The position numbers were made by a program, and so were the translations under genes. A DNA stretch of 64,000 nucleotides, from assembly GCA_016717115.1 (NCBI GenBank), contig JADKGE010000001.1:508584-572583 (forward strand), written 5' to 3'. A model generated the notes under the pieces. It did no database searches. It had not been told where the DNA came from and worked only from the letters and a program-made list of their open reading frames with translations. How positions within the stretch are numbered: position 1 is the first letter of the stretch; every line of letters begins with the position of its first letter. The DNA comes from Actinomycetota bacterium. Its GTDB lineage: Bacteria > Actinomycetota > Actinomycetes > S36-B12. Positions 34,806-43,922 of this stretch are shown piece after piece.

Positions 34806-35690
34806 GTGCCCCTCATGCGCCAGTTCGCCGCCATCGTCGCCACCGGGCTGATCGCCGCGCTCGCCGTAACCGCGGCGCCGCCGGTCGCCGCCGACGACGC
34901 GACACCCGCGCCCACCGCACCGGCAGAGGTGACGGCTCCACCATCGACACCGGCCACCGAGCCGGTCCCTCCCACACCGCCGGTCGAGCCCGTGCCGGTC
35001 GAGCCGGCTCCCCCGATCGCGCCGCCCGCCGCGCCGCCCGCCGCGCCTCCGGTGGCGAAGCCGCCCGTGAAGAAGGTCGTCAATTCACCACTGCCGCTGC
35101 GCCGTGGGGCTCGCGGGTGGCGGGTCAGTGAGGTGCAGGAGCGTCTCGCCTGGCTCGGCTACCCGATCTCGCCGATCGACACCAAGAGCGATCGGGTCTG
35201 GACGTCCACGACGAAGGCGATCCAGAAGTTCCAGAGCAAGTTCGGCTACCAGCCCACGGGGGTGGTGGGTCCGGGCACGTGGGACCTGCTGAGGAAGACC
35301 TCGGGAACCGTTGGCAAGCTGCCGTCTGCGTGCCTGAGCGAGCGGAGCCTGTGCATCGACAAGAGCACCCGGCTGCTTCGCCTCGTCGATCACGGGAAGG
35401 TGCTGCTGACCCTCGACGCACGGTTCGGCATGCCCGGACTGGAGACCCGCGAGGGCAGCTTCCGCGTCAGCCGGAAGAGCCGCGACCACGTCTCGAGCCT
35501 CTTCCACAGCTGGATGCCCTTCGCCATGTTCTTCAGCGGCGGGCAGGCCGTCCACTACTCACCATTCTTCGCCCGCGACGGCTACAACGGCGGGTCGCAC
35601 GGCTGCATCGGGGTCCGGGACTTCAAGGCCGCCGAGTGGCTCTTCGACCGGGTCTCGATCGGCACCAGGGTGCAGGTCTACTGGTCCTGA
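34806..35690 (+). CDS. L,D-transpeptidase (YkuD domain) with peptidoglycan-binding domain and Pro/Ala-rich linker
   Basis: ORF 34806..35690 (GTG, alternative ATG at 34815). It has a signal peptide, a PG_binding-like region (VSEVQERLAWLGY...TKAIQKFQSKFGYQPTGVVG) and the catalytic motif GSHGCIGV. Confidence 0.9.
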   Translation: MPLMRQFAAIVATGLIAALAVTAAPPVAADDATPAPTAPAEVTAPPSTPATEPVPPTPPVEPVPVEPAPPIAPPAAPPAAPPVAKPPVKKVVNSPLPLRRGARGWRVSEVQERLAWLGYPISPIDTKSDRVWTSTTKAIQKFQSKFGYQPTGVVGPGTWDLLRKTSGTVGKLPSACLSERSLCIDKSTRLLRLVDHGKVLLTLDARFGMPGLETREGSFRVSRKSRDHVSSLFHSWMPFAMFFSGGQAVHYSPFFARDGYNGGSHGCIGVRDFKAAEWLFDRVSIGTRVQVYWS

Positions 35691-35723
35691 CGCGTCGGTG
35701 CCCTGCCCCCCGACAAGTGAAAA

Positions 35724-35758
35724 CCCGCGCGGCTGGGGGGCTGTCGCGCGGGCTTTCT
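35724..35758. terminator. intrinsic-terminator-like hairpin downstream of the L,D-transpeptidase gene
   Basis: Stem CCCGCGCG (35724..35731) / CGCGCGGG (35745..35752) with a 13-nt loop. It is flanked by GAAAA upstream and CTTTCT downstream. Confidence 0.5.
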
Positions 35759-35913
35759 GGATCGCTAGTCGAAGACCACCAATCCGCTGCCGCCCGGGGG
35801 AGAGCGGCACTCGCCATTGTGCCCCAATTGCGGTGGCTTGTCATGCCCCTTGCTGCAGTCCATCGCCCTCCCCTGCGCGAGCGGTGCCGGTGGCCGAGGC
35901 GACATCGGCCTGA

Positions 35914-37032
35914 TTGACTGCGCGTATGAGAAGCGACGACCCTGCCCCGATCTCCGTCGTCCTCGTCGGGTACGGGCTCGGGGGGCGGGTGTTCCACGCG
36001 CCACTCATCAGCGCGGTCCCCGACCTGTCCCTCGACGCGATCGTCACGAGCGACCCCGATCGCCAGGCGCAGGCCCGGCGGGCGTACCCGGATGCCGCCG
36101 TCTACGCGAGCGTCGACGAGGCCTGGACCGGCGGGCATTCCCTCGCCGTGATCAGCACGGCGAACGTCACCCACGTCCCGTACGCGACTGCCGCGCTCGC
36201 GAGTGGGTTGAACGTCGTCCTGGACAAGCCCGTCGCGCCGACCGCCCAGGTCGCGCAGGGCCTTGGCGATCTCGCCGCCCGATCCCAGCGACACCTCATC
36301 CCCTTCCAGAGCCGTCGATGGGACAGCGACTTCCTGACGGCCCGCATGGTCGCTGCCGACGGACGGATCGGCGCGGTGCATCGTTTCGAGTCCCGGATCG
36401 AGCGAATGCGCGTGGTGCCCAAGGCCGGGTGGCGCCTGTCGACCGATCCCGCTGACATGGGCGGGATGCTCTACGACCTCGGCGCGCACCTCGTCGACCA
36501 GGCGCTCCGATTGATGGGGCCGGTGGCGTCGGTGGTCGCGTCCGTCCGGACGGTGCGGGGCACCGGCAGCGATGACGACGTGACACTGCTCTTGACGCAC
36601 GTGTCGGGAGCCGTCAGTCACATCGTGGCCAGCCAGATCGGGGCTTTCGGGTCACCGCGCATGAGTCTGTTCGGCACCAGGGGCGGGTTGCGCATCGACG
36701 CCAGCGACACCCAGGAGGCGGCCCTCGCGTCCGGTCGCAGCCCCGCCGACCCGCAGTGGGGCCGGGAGCCGGAATCGTCGGATGCCGTCCTGCGCACCTA
36801 CGACGACGCAAGCGCGCTGTCCGAGTCGGCCGTCGCCCTGGTACCGGGCGCGTGGACGGCCTTCTACCCGGGCGTGGCGGCTGCCCTCCGCGGGGACCAG
36901 GCGCCGCCCGTGCTGCTCGAGGACGTGATCTCGAACCTGCGGGTTCTCGACGCGGCCCGCGAGTCCGCCGCCACGGGCAGCATCGTCAGGCTGGCTCCAC
37001 CGGCGGGTCATCTCGCATCGTCCACGTCGTGA
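35914..37032 (+). CDS. Gfo/Idh/MocA-family NAD(P)-dependent oxidoreductase
   Basis: ORF 35914..37032 (start may be the ATG at 35926). It has an N-terminal Rossmann region VVLVGYGLGGRVFHAPLI and a C-terminal alpha/beta domain typical of the family. Confidence 0.85.
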   Translation: MTARMRSDDPAPISVVLVGYGLGGRVFHAPLISAVPDLSLDAIVTSDPDRQAQARRAYPDAAVYASVDEAWTGGHSLAVISTANVTHVPYATAALASGLNVVLDKPVAPTAQVAQGLGDLAARSQRHLIPFQSRRWDSDFLTARMVAADGRIGAVHRFESRIERMRVVPKAGWRLSTDPADMGGMLYDLGAHLVDQALRLMGPVASVVASVRTVRGTGSDDDVTLLLTHVSGAVSHIVASQIGAFGSPRMSLFGTRGGLRIDASDTQEAALASGRSPADPQWGREPESSDAVLRTYDDASALSESAVALVPGAWTAFYPGVAAALRGDQAPPVLLEDVISNLRVLDAARESAATGSIVRLAPPAGHLASSTS

Positions 37033-37858
37033 CCATGCGGTGGGGCAGTCCCGGGCCGGCTACGGGGATCGGTCGGCCCAGGCCGTCATTGATGCCGTTG
37101 GGCGGTCCGCTCTGCGGCTCCACGCATGCCGCATTCGGCAGCATGTCGAACACGACGAACCACGGCGCATCGTTGACGACGTCGATGGCCAGCGCGCCGG
37201 GCCAGCGCAATGTCGCCACTCCCGACGGCACGACGAAGACGTCATCGAAAGGCCCCGCATCCGGGTCGTACGGCCGCACATCATGGCTGGGCAGATAGTC
37301 GTCCCCGCGCAACACCTGCTGCGTCGCCTCAAGTCGCCACTCCAGAGGGCCGCCACGGCCGACACTGCGCACGAACCATGGGTGCCACCCGACCACGGCC
37401 GGCGACTCACCCTGCTCGGAGTTCACGGAGATCTCCGTGGTGAGCGTGCGACCGCGCAGCTCCCACGTGATGTCGATCGCCACCGGCCACGGCCAGGTGG
37501 GGCTCTTCGCCACCCTCGCGACCAGGAGCGCGCCGTCCGCGTCCGCCTCGCTCCGGAGGATGTCGACGGGCTGGTCCAGCGCCGTTCCATGCAGCGCCCA
37601 ACTCGCGTACGTGGGCGGCAGCTGATGCTGGTAGCCCTGCCACTCGACGCGGTTGGCGCGCAGTCGTCCGGCCCACGGAGCCATGGGGTACATGCCATGA
37701 CTCACGGCGTCGTCCTTGTGGTGCGCGAGGACCGACAGGCCCCCGACCGTCCAGCGCACGGCGCGGGCCCCCGACTCGAGATCGATGGCCAGTTCGACGT
37801 CCTCCCATCGGAGGACGTGCTCAGGACGCGGCGGCATGGTGGGCTCGCGCGAGGACAT
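36986..37858 (-). CDS. aldose 1-epimerase (galactose mutarotase-like) family protein
   Basis: ORF 36986..37858. Mutarotase-like blocks are present (HGMYPMAPWAGRL, LHGTA, GWHPWF). It lies downstream of the ROK regulator in the xylose locus. It has a 47-nt convergent overlap with 35914..37032. Confidence 0.75.
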   Translation of the reverse strand: MSSREPTMPPRPEHVLRWEDVELAIDLESGARAVRWTVGGLSVLAHHKDDAVSHGMYPMAPWAGRLRANRVEWQGYQHQLPPTYASWALHGTALDQPVDILRSEADADGALLVARVAKSPTWPWPVAIDITWELRGRTLTTEISVNSEQGESPAVVGWHPWFVRSVGRGGPLEWRLEATQQVLRGDDYLPSHDVRPYDPDAGPFDDVFVVPSGVATLRWPGALAIDVVNDAPWFVVFDMLPNAACVEPQSGPPNGINDGLGRPIPVAGPGLPHRMVTTWTMRDDPPVEPA

Positions 37859-39038
37859 CGATGGGATCGGACAGCAGCGCCTCGAACGCCGTCTCGGCCG
37901 CGCCTAGCAGCGTGCTGTCGCCGCTGAGCGACGGCACCTCGACACGCACCTGCTCGCGCACCGCGGGCAGCGCATAGTGGATCCGGCGGTAGACGGTGCC
38001 GCTGACGAGTGGGAAGAGCAGTCGCAGGTGACCGCCGAGCACGATGACCTCGGGATTGAACAGGTTGACGAGGTTGGCGAGCCCGATGCCCAGCCACTCG
38101 CCAGCCTCGTCGATGGCCGCCTGCGCCTTCGGGTTGCCACCTGAGGCCGCCGCGATCACATCGGCAACCTCCATCTGATCACCGCCGAGTCCCGCCGCAG
38201 CCAGGATGGCATCGCGTCCGATCTCGGTCTCCCAGCACCCCTTGGCCCCACAGCGGCACATCGCCCCTTGGGGGTTCACCACCATGTGACCGACCTCGCC
38301 GCCGTACCCGCCGGCGCCGGTCATGGGGCGGCCGTCGATGATGACCCCACCACCGATGCCCACCTCTCCCGAGACGTAGATGAGGTTGCGGCTGTGCTTA
38401 CCGACTCCGCGCGCATGCTCGGCGATCGCGCCGAGGTCGGCGTCGTTGTTGACCGCCACCGCGGGGGCGAAGCCGAACGCTGAGGTGAGTCCCTCCCGGA
38501 CCATGTCGCCGAGGGGCACGTCGACCCACCCCAGGTTGGGGGCCAGCCGAACCCGGCCGTCGACATGGTCGACGATGCCGGGGACGCCGATGCCGACACC
38601 GACCCAGGTGGCGGGGCTCGGCGCCTTGCCCATCATCGAGCCCACAAGACTGACGATGTTGCGCAGTGCCGTCTCCGGTGTGTAGCTCGAGCGCTTGTGC
38701 CGCTGCTCCTTGTGCACGAGCACGTCCCCGCCCAGGCCGACGAGTGCCGCGACGGTGCGCTCGACGCGCAGGTCGAACGCGACGACGACGGCCGACGATG
38801 CGCTCGGCTGGACCATGAGCGAGGGCCGACCGACCTGTCCGGCGGCGCCGGCACCCTCATAGACCAAGCCCACGTCGGCCAACTCGGAGACCAGCACACC
38901 GACGGTGCTCCGGTTCAGCCCGGTGAAGGCAACCAGATCCGACCTGCTCGCCGCGCCTCCCTCGTGGAGGCGCCGGAGGAGCCGAGCGAGGTTGTGGCGA
39001 CGGAGGTCGTCCTGGGTCGCAGCGCTTCGTGTTGCCAT
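37821..39038 (-). CDS. ROK-family transcriptional regulator (XylR-like by context)
   Basis: ORF 37821..39098 trimmed to the ATG at 39038 (MATRSAATQDDLRRHNLARLL). It has an N-terminal wHTH, a ROK sugar-kinase-like domain and the zinc motif CRCGAKGCWE. Confidence 0.88.
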   Translation of the reverse strand: MATRSAATQDDLRRHNLARLLRRLHEGGAASRSDLVAFTGLNRSTVGVLVSELADVGLVYEGAGAAGQVGRPSLMVQPSASSAVVVAFDLRVERTVAALVGLGGDVLVHKEQRHKRSSYTPETALRNIVSLVGSMMGKAPSPATWVGVGIGVPGIVDHVDGRVRLAPNLGWVDVPLGDMVREGLTSAFGFAPAVAVNNDADLGAIAEHARGVGKHSRNLIYVSGEVGIGGGVIIDGRPMTGAGGYGGEVGHMVVNPQGAMCRCGAKGCWETEIGRDAILAAAGLGGDQMEVADVIAAASGGNPKAQAAIDEAGEWLGIGLANLVNLFNPEVIVLGGHLRLLFPLVSGTVYRRIHYALPAVREQVRVEVPSLSGDSTLLGAAETAFEALLSDPIDVLARAHHAAAS

Positions 39039-39063
39039 GCGCCTTTCGACCAATCCTTTGCGG

Positions 39064-40368
39064 CTAGCTGGGGCTCGAGCGTTTTCTGGAGATGGCATCG
39101 ACGCTCGCTGCGACCAGGAGGACCAGGCCGGTGACGACGTACTGGATGCCCGACTGCTGCGTCACCAGCGGGAGGCCGTTGGCGATGACCGCGATGACGA
39201 GCCCGCCGATGACCGCGTCGATCATGCGGCCGCGGCCGCCGAACAACGAGGTGCCGCCGATGACCGCGGCGCCGACGGCGAACAGCAGCGTCTGGGCGCC
39301 GCCGGTGGTGGGTGACACCGAGTTGTCGCGGGATGCGATCAGGACGCCTGCGACGGCAGCCAGCGTCGAACAGATCATGAAGCAGGCGATCTTCAGGCCT
39401 TGAACGCTGATGCCAGCACGGCGCGCCGCCTCGGCATTGCCGCCGACCGCGTAGATGTGCCGGCCGAAGCCAGTGCGGGTCAGTACGAAGGTGAGGCCGA
39501 CCAGCAGGACGAGGATGACGAGAACCGCCCACGGCACACCCTGAAGGACGGGAATGCACCCTTCGGGACTCGGCGGGTCATTGACCTCGCACGCCACCTT
39601 CCCGGGCCGCACGATCTGACGCTGTTGGTTCAGGACGAAGACGCCGACTCCGAGGAGGATCGCGAGCGCACCGGTCTTCGCCGCCCAGACCGCCGTTGCC
39701 ATCGAGGCCAGCCCGGCCTTGCGCCGAGCGGTGATTCCCCGCAGCGTGACGAAGGCGTAGCCGATGACCACGACGATCCACACCACCCAGCCCATCCACG
39801 TGGGCATGTTCTTGTTCATGATGGCGAGCAGTTCGTCGCTGCGGAGGGTGATCGTGCCGCCCTCACCGATGATCAGCAGCATCACGCCTTGCAGCGCCAG
39901 GAACATTGCCAAGGTGACGACGAACGATGGTATGCCGAGCCTCGCCACCAGAACACCGATGAGGAAGCCGATCAGCGTTCCCGTAAGGAGCCCAATGATC
40001 AGCGCTATGGGCCATGCCAGGCCCCACGATGTCAGGGCGATCGCGAGCACCGCCGCCGCTGTGCCGGCCGTGAAGCCCGCAGACAGGTCGATCTCGCCCA
40101 GCAACAGGACGAAGATGAGGCCCATGGCCAGAACGATGATGGCGGTGCCCTGGTTGAGCAGGTTGGCGAAGTTGAGGTAGGAGAAGAAGGTCGATGGCTT
40201 CAGGGCGCTGAACAGGATCAGGAGGACAATGAGACCCAGGACCGCCGGCAGGGAGCCGACTTCACCGCCCTTGACGCGGGTCCAGTAGTCACGAAGGGCC
40301 TGGCCGATGCCACCCTGGTCGCCGGCCGCGGCGATGTCCACGTCGGTGACCTGCTGCGTCGCGCTCAT
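39064..40368 (-). CDS. sugar ABC transporter permease (XylH-like)
   Basis: ORF 39064..40368. It is a polytopic membrane protein of the monosaccharide (CUT2) permease type. It overlaps the ATPase gene by 4 nt. Confidence 0.88.
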   Translation of the reverse strand: MSATQQVTDVDIAAAGDQGGIGQALRDYWTRVKGGEVGSLPAVLGLIVLLILFSALKPSTFFSYLNFANLLNQGTAIIVLAMGLIFVLLLGEIDLSAGFTAGTAAAVLAIALTSWGLAWPIALIIGLLTGTLIGFLIGVLVARLGIPSFVVTLAMFLALQGVMLLIIGEGGTITLRSDELLAIMNKNMPTWMGWVVWIVVVIGYAFVTLRGITARRKAGLASMATAVWAAKTGALAILLGVGVFVLNQQRQIVRPGKVACEVNDPPSPEGCIPVLQGVPWAVLVILVLLVGLTFVLTRTGFGRHIYAVGGNAEAARRAGISVQGLKIACFMICSTLAAVAGVLIASRDNSVSPTTGGAQTLLFAVGAAVIGGTSLFGGRGRMIDAVIGGLVIAVIANGLPLVTQQSGIQYVVTGLVLLVAASVDAISRKRSSPS

Positions 40369-41150
40369 GCCGCACCAACCACGTTCGCAACCTCCGGTTG
40401 CAGTCCGAGTTCGCCGCTTCGACCCGAGGTGATGAGTTCGACCACGCGCCCGTGGGTCACTTCACTCGCCTTGACCTGGGCCGCGAGGGCACCGAGGTAG
40501 AGACAGGCGATGTTGTCGGCTACCTGCATGACGTCGTTCATGTTGTGCGAGATGAGGATGACGCCGAGACCGTTGTCCGCGAGGCGTCGCACGAGATTGA
40601 GGACCTGCTCGGTCTGTGCCACACCCAACGCTGCGGTCGGCTCGTCAAGGATGACCAGCTTGGAGTTCCAGAGAACGGCACGCGCGATGGCGACGGTCTG
40701 CCGCTGCCCGCCGGACAGGCTCGACACCTGCTGCCGCACCGACTTCAAGGTGCGCACGGACAGCCCGCTCAGCGTCTCACGAGCCCGCTTCTCCATCGTG
40801 ATCTCATCGAGGATGATCGACTTCTTCTCCTCGCGACCGAGGAACATGTTGTGCACGACATCGAGGTTGTCGCACAGCGCGAGATCCTGATAGACGACTT
40901 CGATGCCCAGATGGTTCGCCTGCTTCGGGTCCGTGACGTGCACCGGATTGCCATCGAAGAGGTACTCGCCAGAGTCGAACGGGTAGATGCCCGCCACTCC
41001 CTTGACGAGGGTGCTCTTCCCGGCACCGTTGTCACCCACGAGAGCGGTCACTTTGCCGGCATACACCGACAGGTCAACACCTCGAAGGACCTGGACGGGT
41101 CCGAAGCTCTTGTCGACGGCCCGCAACTGCAGCAGGGGGGTATCGGTCAT
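40365..41150 (-). CDS. sugar ABC transporter ATP-binding protein (single NBD)
   Basis: ORF 40365..41246 trimmed to the ATG at 41150 (MTDTPLLQLRAVDKSF). Motifs present: Walker A GDNGAGKST, signature LSGGQRQ, Walker B LVILDEPTAAL. Confidence 0.92.
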   Translation of the reverse strand: MTDTPLLQLRAVDKSFGPVQVLRGVDLSVYAGKVTALVGDNGAGKSTLVKGVAGIYPFDSGEYLFDGNPVHVTDPKQANHLGIEVVYQDLALCDNLDVVHNMFLGREEKKSIILDEITMEKRARETLSGLSVRTLKSVRQQVSSLSGGQRQTVAIARAVLWNSKLVILDEPTAALGVAQTEQVLNLVRRLADNGLGVILISHNMNDVMQVADNIACLYLGALAAQVKASEVTHGRVVELITSGRSGELGLQPEVANVVGAA

Positions 41151-41213
41151 GGCGCTACCTTCTCGTAACCGGTAGGGATCGGGGAGGCCTTTCGAAAACA
41201 ACCGCGGTATGAC

Positions 41214-41247
41214 GGTGGGGGCGGATGACACGTCACCCGCCCCCACC
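41214..41247 (-). other. strong intercistronic stem-loop between the substrate-binding-protein and ATPase genes
   Basis: GGTGGGGGCGG (41214..41224) pairs perfectly with CCGCCCCCACC (41237..41247). The stem extends through ATGAC/GTCAC with one mismatch. On the transcribed (minus) strand it is followed by a weak U-rich tract (UUGUUUUC). Confidence 0.45.
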
Positions 41248-41293
41248 GTGTCCTACATCGCCCGGATCACTGTGCGTCCGGGCGGGGGGTTAC

Positions 41294-42484
41294 CTAGGAG
41301 ATGCCGTTCGCAGCGCAGGCCTTCTCGAGCTCCGGCGTGGCGCAGACCTTCTCCACCGTGGTGAAGCCGTCAGCGATGACGTCCTTCACGTTCTCGGGGT
41401 AGATCGCCTGCGGCACCAGCAGAACGCTGGGAACCTCGGTGCCGGCCTCGCTGTCGGTCGTCGTGCCGGTGGCGAGTGCATCCGCTGCTGCGGTATCACC
41501 ATTGGCGAGGGCGACCATGAGGGCGGCAGCCGCCTCGGCCTCCTTCTTGACGGCCTTGTACACGGTCATGCACTGAGTGCCGAGCAGCACGCGCTGCAGG
41601 CCCTCGTCCGTGGCGTCCTGGCCGGTGACGAAGATCTTGCCGGCCTGGCCGTTGCGGTCGAGGACGGAGATCACGGCGCCGCCGAGACCATCGTTAGCCG
41701 AGGCAACGCCGACGAAGTCGCCGTTGGCCTTGGTGTACATCTGCTCGAAGATCGTGCCGGCCTTCGTGTTGTCCCAGTCCGGAACAGACTCGTCAGCAGT
41801 CGGCGTGAAGCCGGCAGCCTCGATGGCCGTCGAGTAGCCCTGCTTGAACAGCGTGGCGTTGTTGTCGGTCGGCGAACCGTTGAGGTACGCCACGTTGCCG
41901 GACGTCGTGCCCGCGTCGTTGAGGCACTTGACAAGGCCCTCGCCGATCGTGGTGCCCACGGCGACGTTGTCGAACGACACGTAGTACTTCGCGCCGCCAC
42001 CGAGGGTGAGGCGGTCGTAGTCGATGACCGGGATGCCGGCGGCGTCAGCCTTGGCGATGACCGCGGCAGCAGACGGGCTGTCGAGGTTGACGATGGCCAT
42101 GACCGAACAGCCACCGGCGATCATGCCGTCAGCGATGGTGGCGAACTTGGTCTTGTCACCATTCGCGTTCTGGATGTCCGACTCAAGGCCAGCGGCCTTG
42201 AATGCCTCGTCGAGGAACGGACGGTCGACGGTCTCCCAGCGCACCGACGACGCGGCGTCGGGGAGAATGACGCAGGCCTTGCCACCAGCGGCGGCCATTG
42301 CCGACGACGCCGCAGGCGCAGCCGAGGAGGCCATCGCAGCGGCCGACGACGCAACAGCTGCAGCCGACGTGGCTGCGGCAGCCGCGGACGACGTCTCACT
42401 GCTAGTACTGGAACCGCCGCACGCGGCGACGAGCAGGGAGGCGGCGGCGAGGCCGGCTACTGCTCCATAGATTTTCTTGGACAT
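41294..42484 (-). CDS. sugar ABC transporter substrate-binding lipoprotein (XylF-like)
   Basis: ORF 41294..42484. A lipobox (LLVAACGG) and a long Ala/Ser-rich linker are followed by a periplasmic-binding-protein type I fold (KACVILPDAASSVRWE...). Confidence 0.88.
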   Translation of the reverse strand: MSKKIYGAVAGLAAASLLVAACGGSSTSSETSSAAAAATSAAAVASSAAAMASSAAPAASSAMAAAGGKACVILPDAASSVRWETVDRPFLDEAFKAAGLESDIQNANGDKTKFATIADGMIAGGCSVMAIVNLDSPSAAAVIAKADAAGIPVIDYDRLTLGGGAKYYVSFDNVAVGTTIGEGLVKCLNDAGTTSGNVAYLNGSPTDNNATLFKQGYSTAIEAAGFTPTADESVPDWDNTKAGTIFEQMYTKANGDFVGVASANDGLGGAVISVLDRNGQAGKIFVTGQDATDEGLQRVLLGTQCMTVYKAVKKEAEAAAALMVALANGDTAAADALATGTTTDSEAGTEVPSVLLVPQAIYPENVKDVIADGFTTVEKVCATPELEKACAANGIS

Positions 42485-42568
42485 GCGGTGCTGTCCCTTC
42501 CCCGCAGGAGACCTGCGAATTTGCTAGATGGAGTGGTGCTGTCGATCACGGGTGTCGGATGACGCGTA

Positions 42569-43735
42569 TCAGGCGATGCCCAGGATGTGATCGATGACGA
42601 GCTGGTCGAGCGCCTCGTTGCCGAAGCCCCGCGTTGCGAGGACGTCGACGTCGAAGCTCTCGGCCTTCAACCGTGCTGCGGACTCCGATGAATACGGACC
42701 CACAGTCGGTTCCGCGAGCTCTGCGACGCCGGAATACGCCATCGCCTCGGCCACACGGGGATCTTGGTCGAACTCGCGGGCCTTGGCCGCGAGCGCGAGG
42801 TAGTTGCGGATGCAGCCGCGCGCGAAGTCCCACACACCAGCAACATCCTCGGTGCGGTAGGCATGGGCGTCGAAGTGCTTCGCCCCCGCATAGCCGCTGT
42901 TCTCCAGCAGGCGCACCAAGAAGAAGTGGTCCTTGATGCCCTCGGATCCGAACCGGAAGTCCTGGTCGAACCGGCCGATGCGCTGGTCGTTGAGATCGAT
43001 GTGGAACAGCTTGTCCTGCCACACGGCCTGCGCGACCGCCTGGTAGAAGCTCAGGCCCGACATCGTCTCGTGCGCGACCTCGGGGTTCACCCCCACCATG
43101 TCCGCATGCTCCAGAGTGGAGATGAACGCGAGGGCGTGGCCCACCGTGGGCAGGAAGATGTCACCACGAGGCTCGTTCGGCTTCGGCTCGAGGGCGAAAC
43201 GCATCCCGTAGCCCTTGTCCAGGACGTAGCCGGCCAGGAAGTCCAGCGCCTCGGCGTACCGCGACAACGCGTCACGCGTGTCCTTCGCCGCCGCCGTCTC
43301 CACGCCCTCACGCCCGCCCCAGAACACGTACGTGGGAGCGCCCAACTCTGCAGCCAGGTCGATGTTGCGCATCACCTTCTGCATCGCGAAGCGCCGCACC
43401 GACGGATCGTTCGAGGTGAACGCGCCGTCCTTGAACACCGGATGGTGGAACAGGTTGGTGGTCGCCATGGAACAGACGAGGCCGGTCTCATCGAGAGCCT
43501 TCTTGAACGCCTCGACCTCCGCCTGGCGCTGCGCCTCGGGCGCCCCGAACGTCATGAGGTCGTCGTCATGGAAGCTGATGCCCCACACGCCCAGGTCGGC
43601 GAGACCCTTGATCATGTCGACAGTTTCGATCTTGGGACGTACCGCGTCCCCGAAGGGGTCTCTACCGCGGTTGCCCACCGTCCATAGCCCGAACGCGAAC
43701 CTGTCCTCTGGCTTGGCGACGAACTCCACCGGCAC
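42569..43735 (-). CDS. xylA: xylose isomerase (class I, actinobacterial type)
   Basis: ORF 42569..43735. The N-terminus PEDRFAFGLWTVGNRGRDPFG, the motif ISFHDDDL and the length (~388 aa) are characteristic. Confidence 0.95.
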   Translation of the reverse strand: MPVEFVAKPEDRFAFGLWTVGNRGRDPFGDAVRPKIETVDMIKGLADLGVWGISFHDDDLMTFGAPEAQRQAEVEAFKKALDETGLVCSMATTNLFHHPVFKDGAFTSNDPSVRRFAMQKVMRNIDLAAELGAPTYVFWGGREGVETAAAKDTRDALSRYAEALDFLAGYVLDKGYGMRFALEPKPNEPRGDIFLPTVGHALAFISTLEHADMVGVNPEVAHETMSGLSFYQAVAQAVWQDKLFHIDLNDQRIGRFDQDFRFGSEGIKDHFFLVRLLENSGYAGAKHFDAHAYRTEDVAGVWDFARGCIRNYLALAAKAREFDQDPRVAEAMAYSGVAELAEPTVGPYSSESAARLKAESFDVDVLATRGFGNEALDQLVIDHILGIA

Positions 43736-43783
43736 GACTCTCCCTCAGGCTCATCCCCGTGGGCGACCAACCGACCCGTGCGT

Positions 43784-43830
43784 CAATTGTTGGCTGCCGC
43801 AACATACATTGTTGTTGCCGCAAACATATG
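43784..43830. promoter_or_regulatory. tandem ~21-nt direct repeats in the AT-richer xylB-xylA intergenic region (candidate ROK/XylR operator pair)
   Basis: ATTGTTGGCTGCCGCAACATA (43786..43806) and ATTGTTGTTGCCGCAAACATA (43808..43828). Each contains inverted arms TGTTG...CAACA/AACA. CAATTGT recurs at about 43855. Confidence 0.35.
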
Positions 43831-43922
43831 CCGATCGAAACCGCCGACACAAGCCAATTGTGCATCGATTCGACATCATCTGGTAACGATTTGGTCACGT
43901 CGACGAGGGCAATCAACTGCTG

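Noticed and set aside
35759-35913. A possible small RNA or riboswitch in the 220-nt gap between the L,D-transpeptidase terminator and the Gfo/Idh/MocA gene
   Set aside because: I could find no conserved-looking structure or known riboswitch signature by eye. It cannot be supported without covariance-model searches (Rfam/Infernal).
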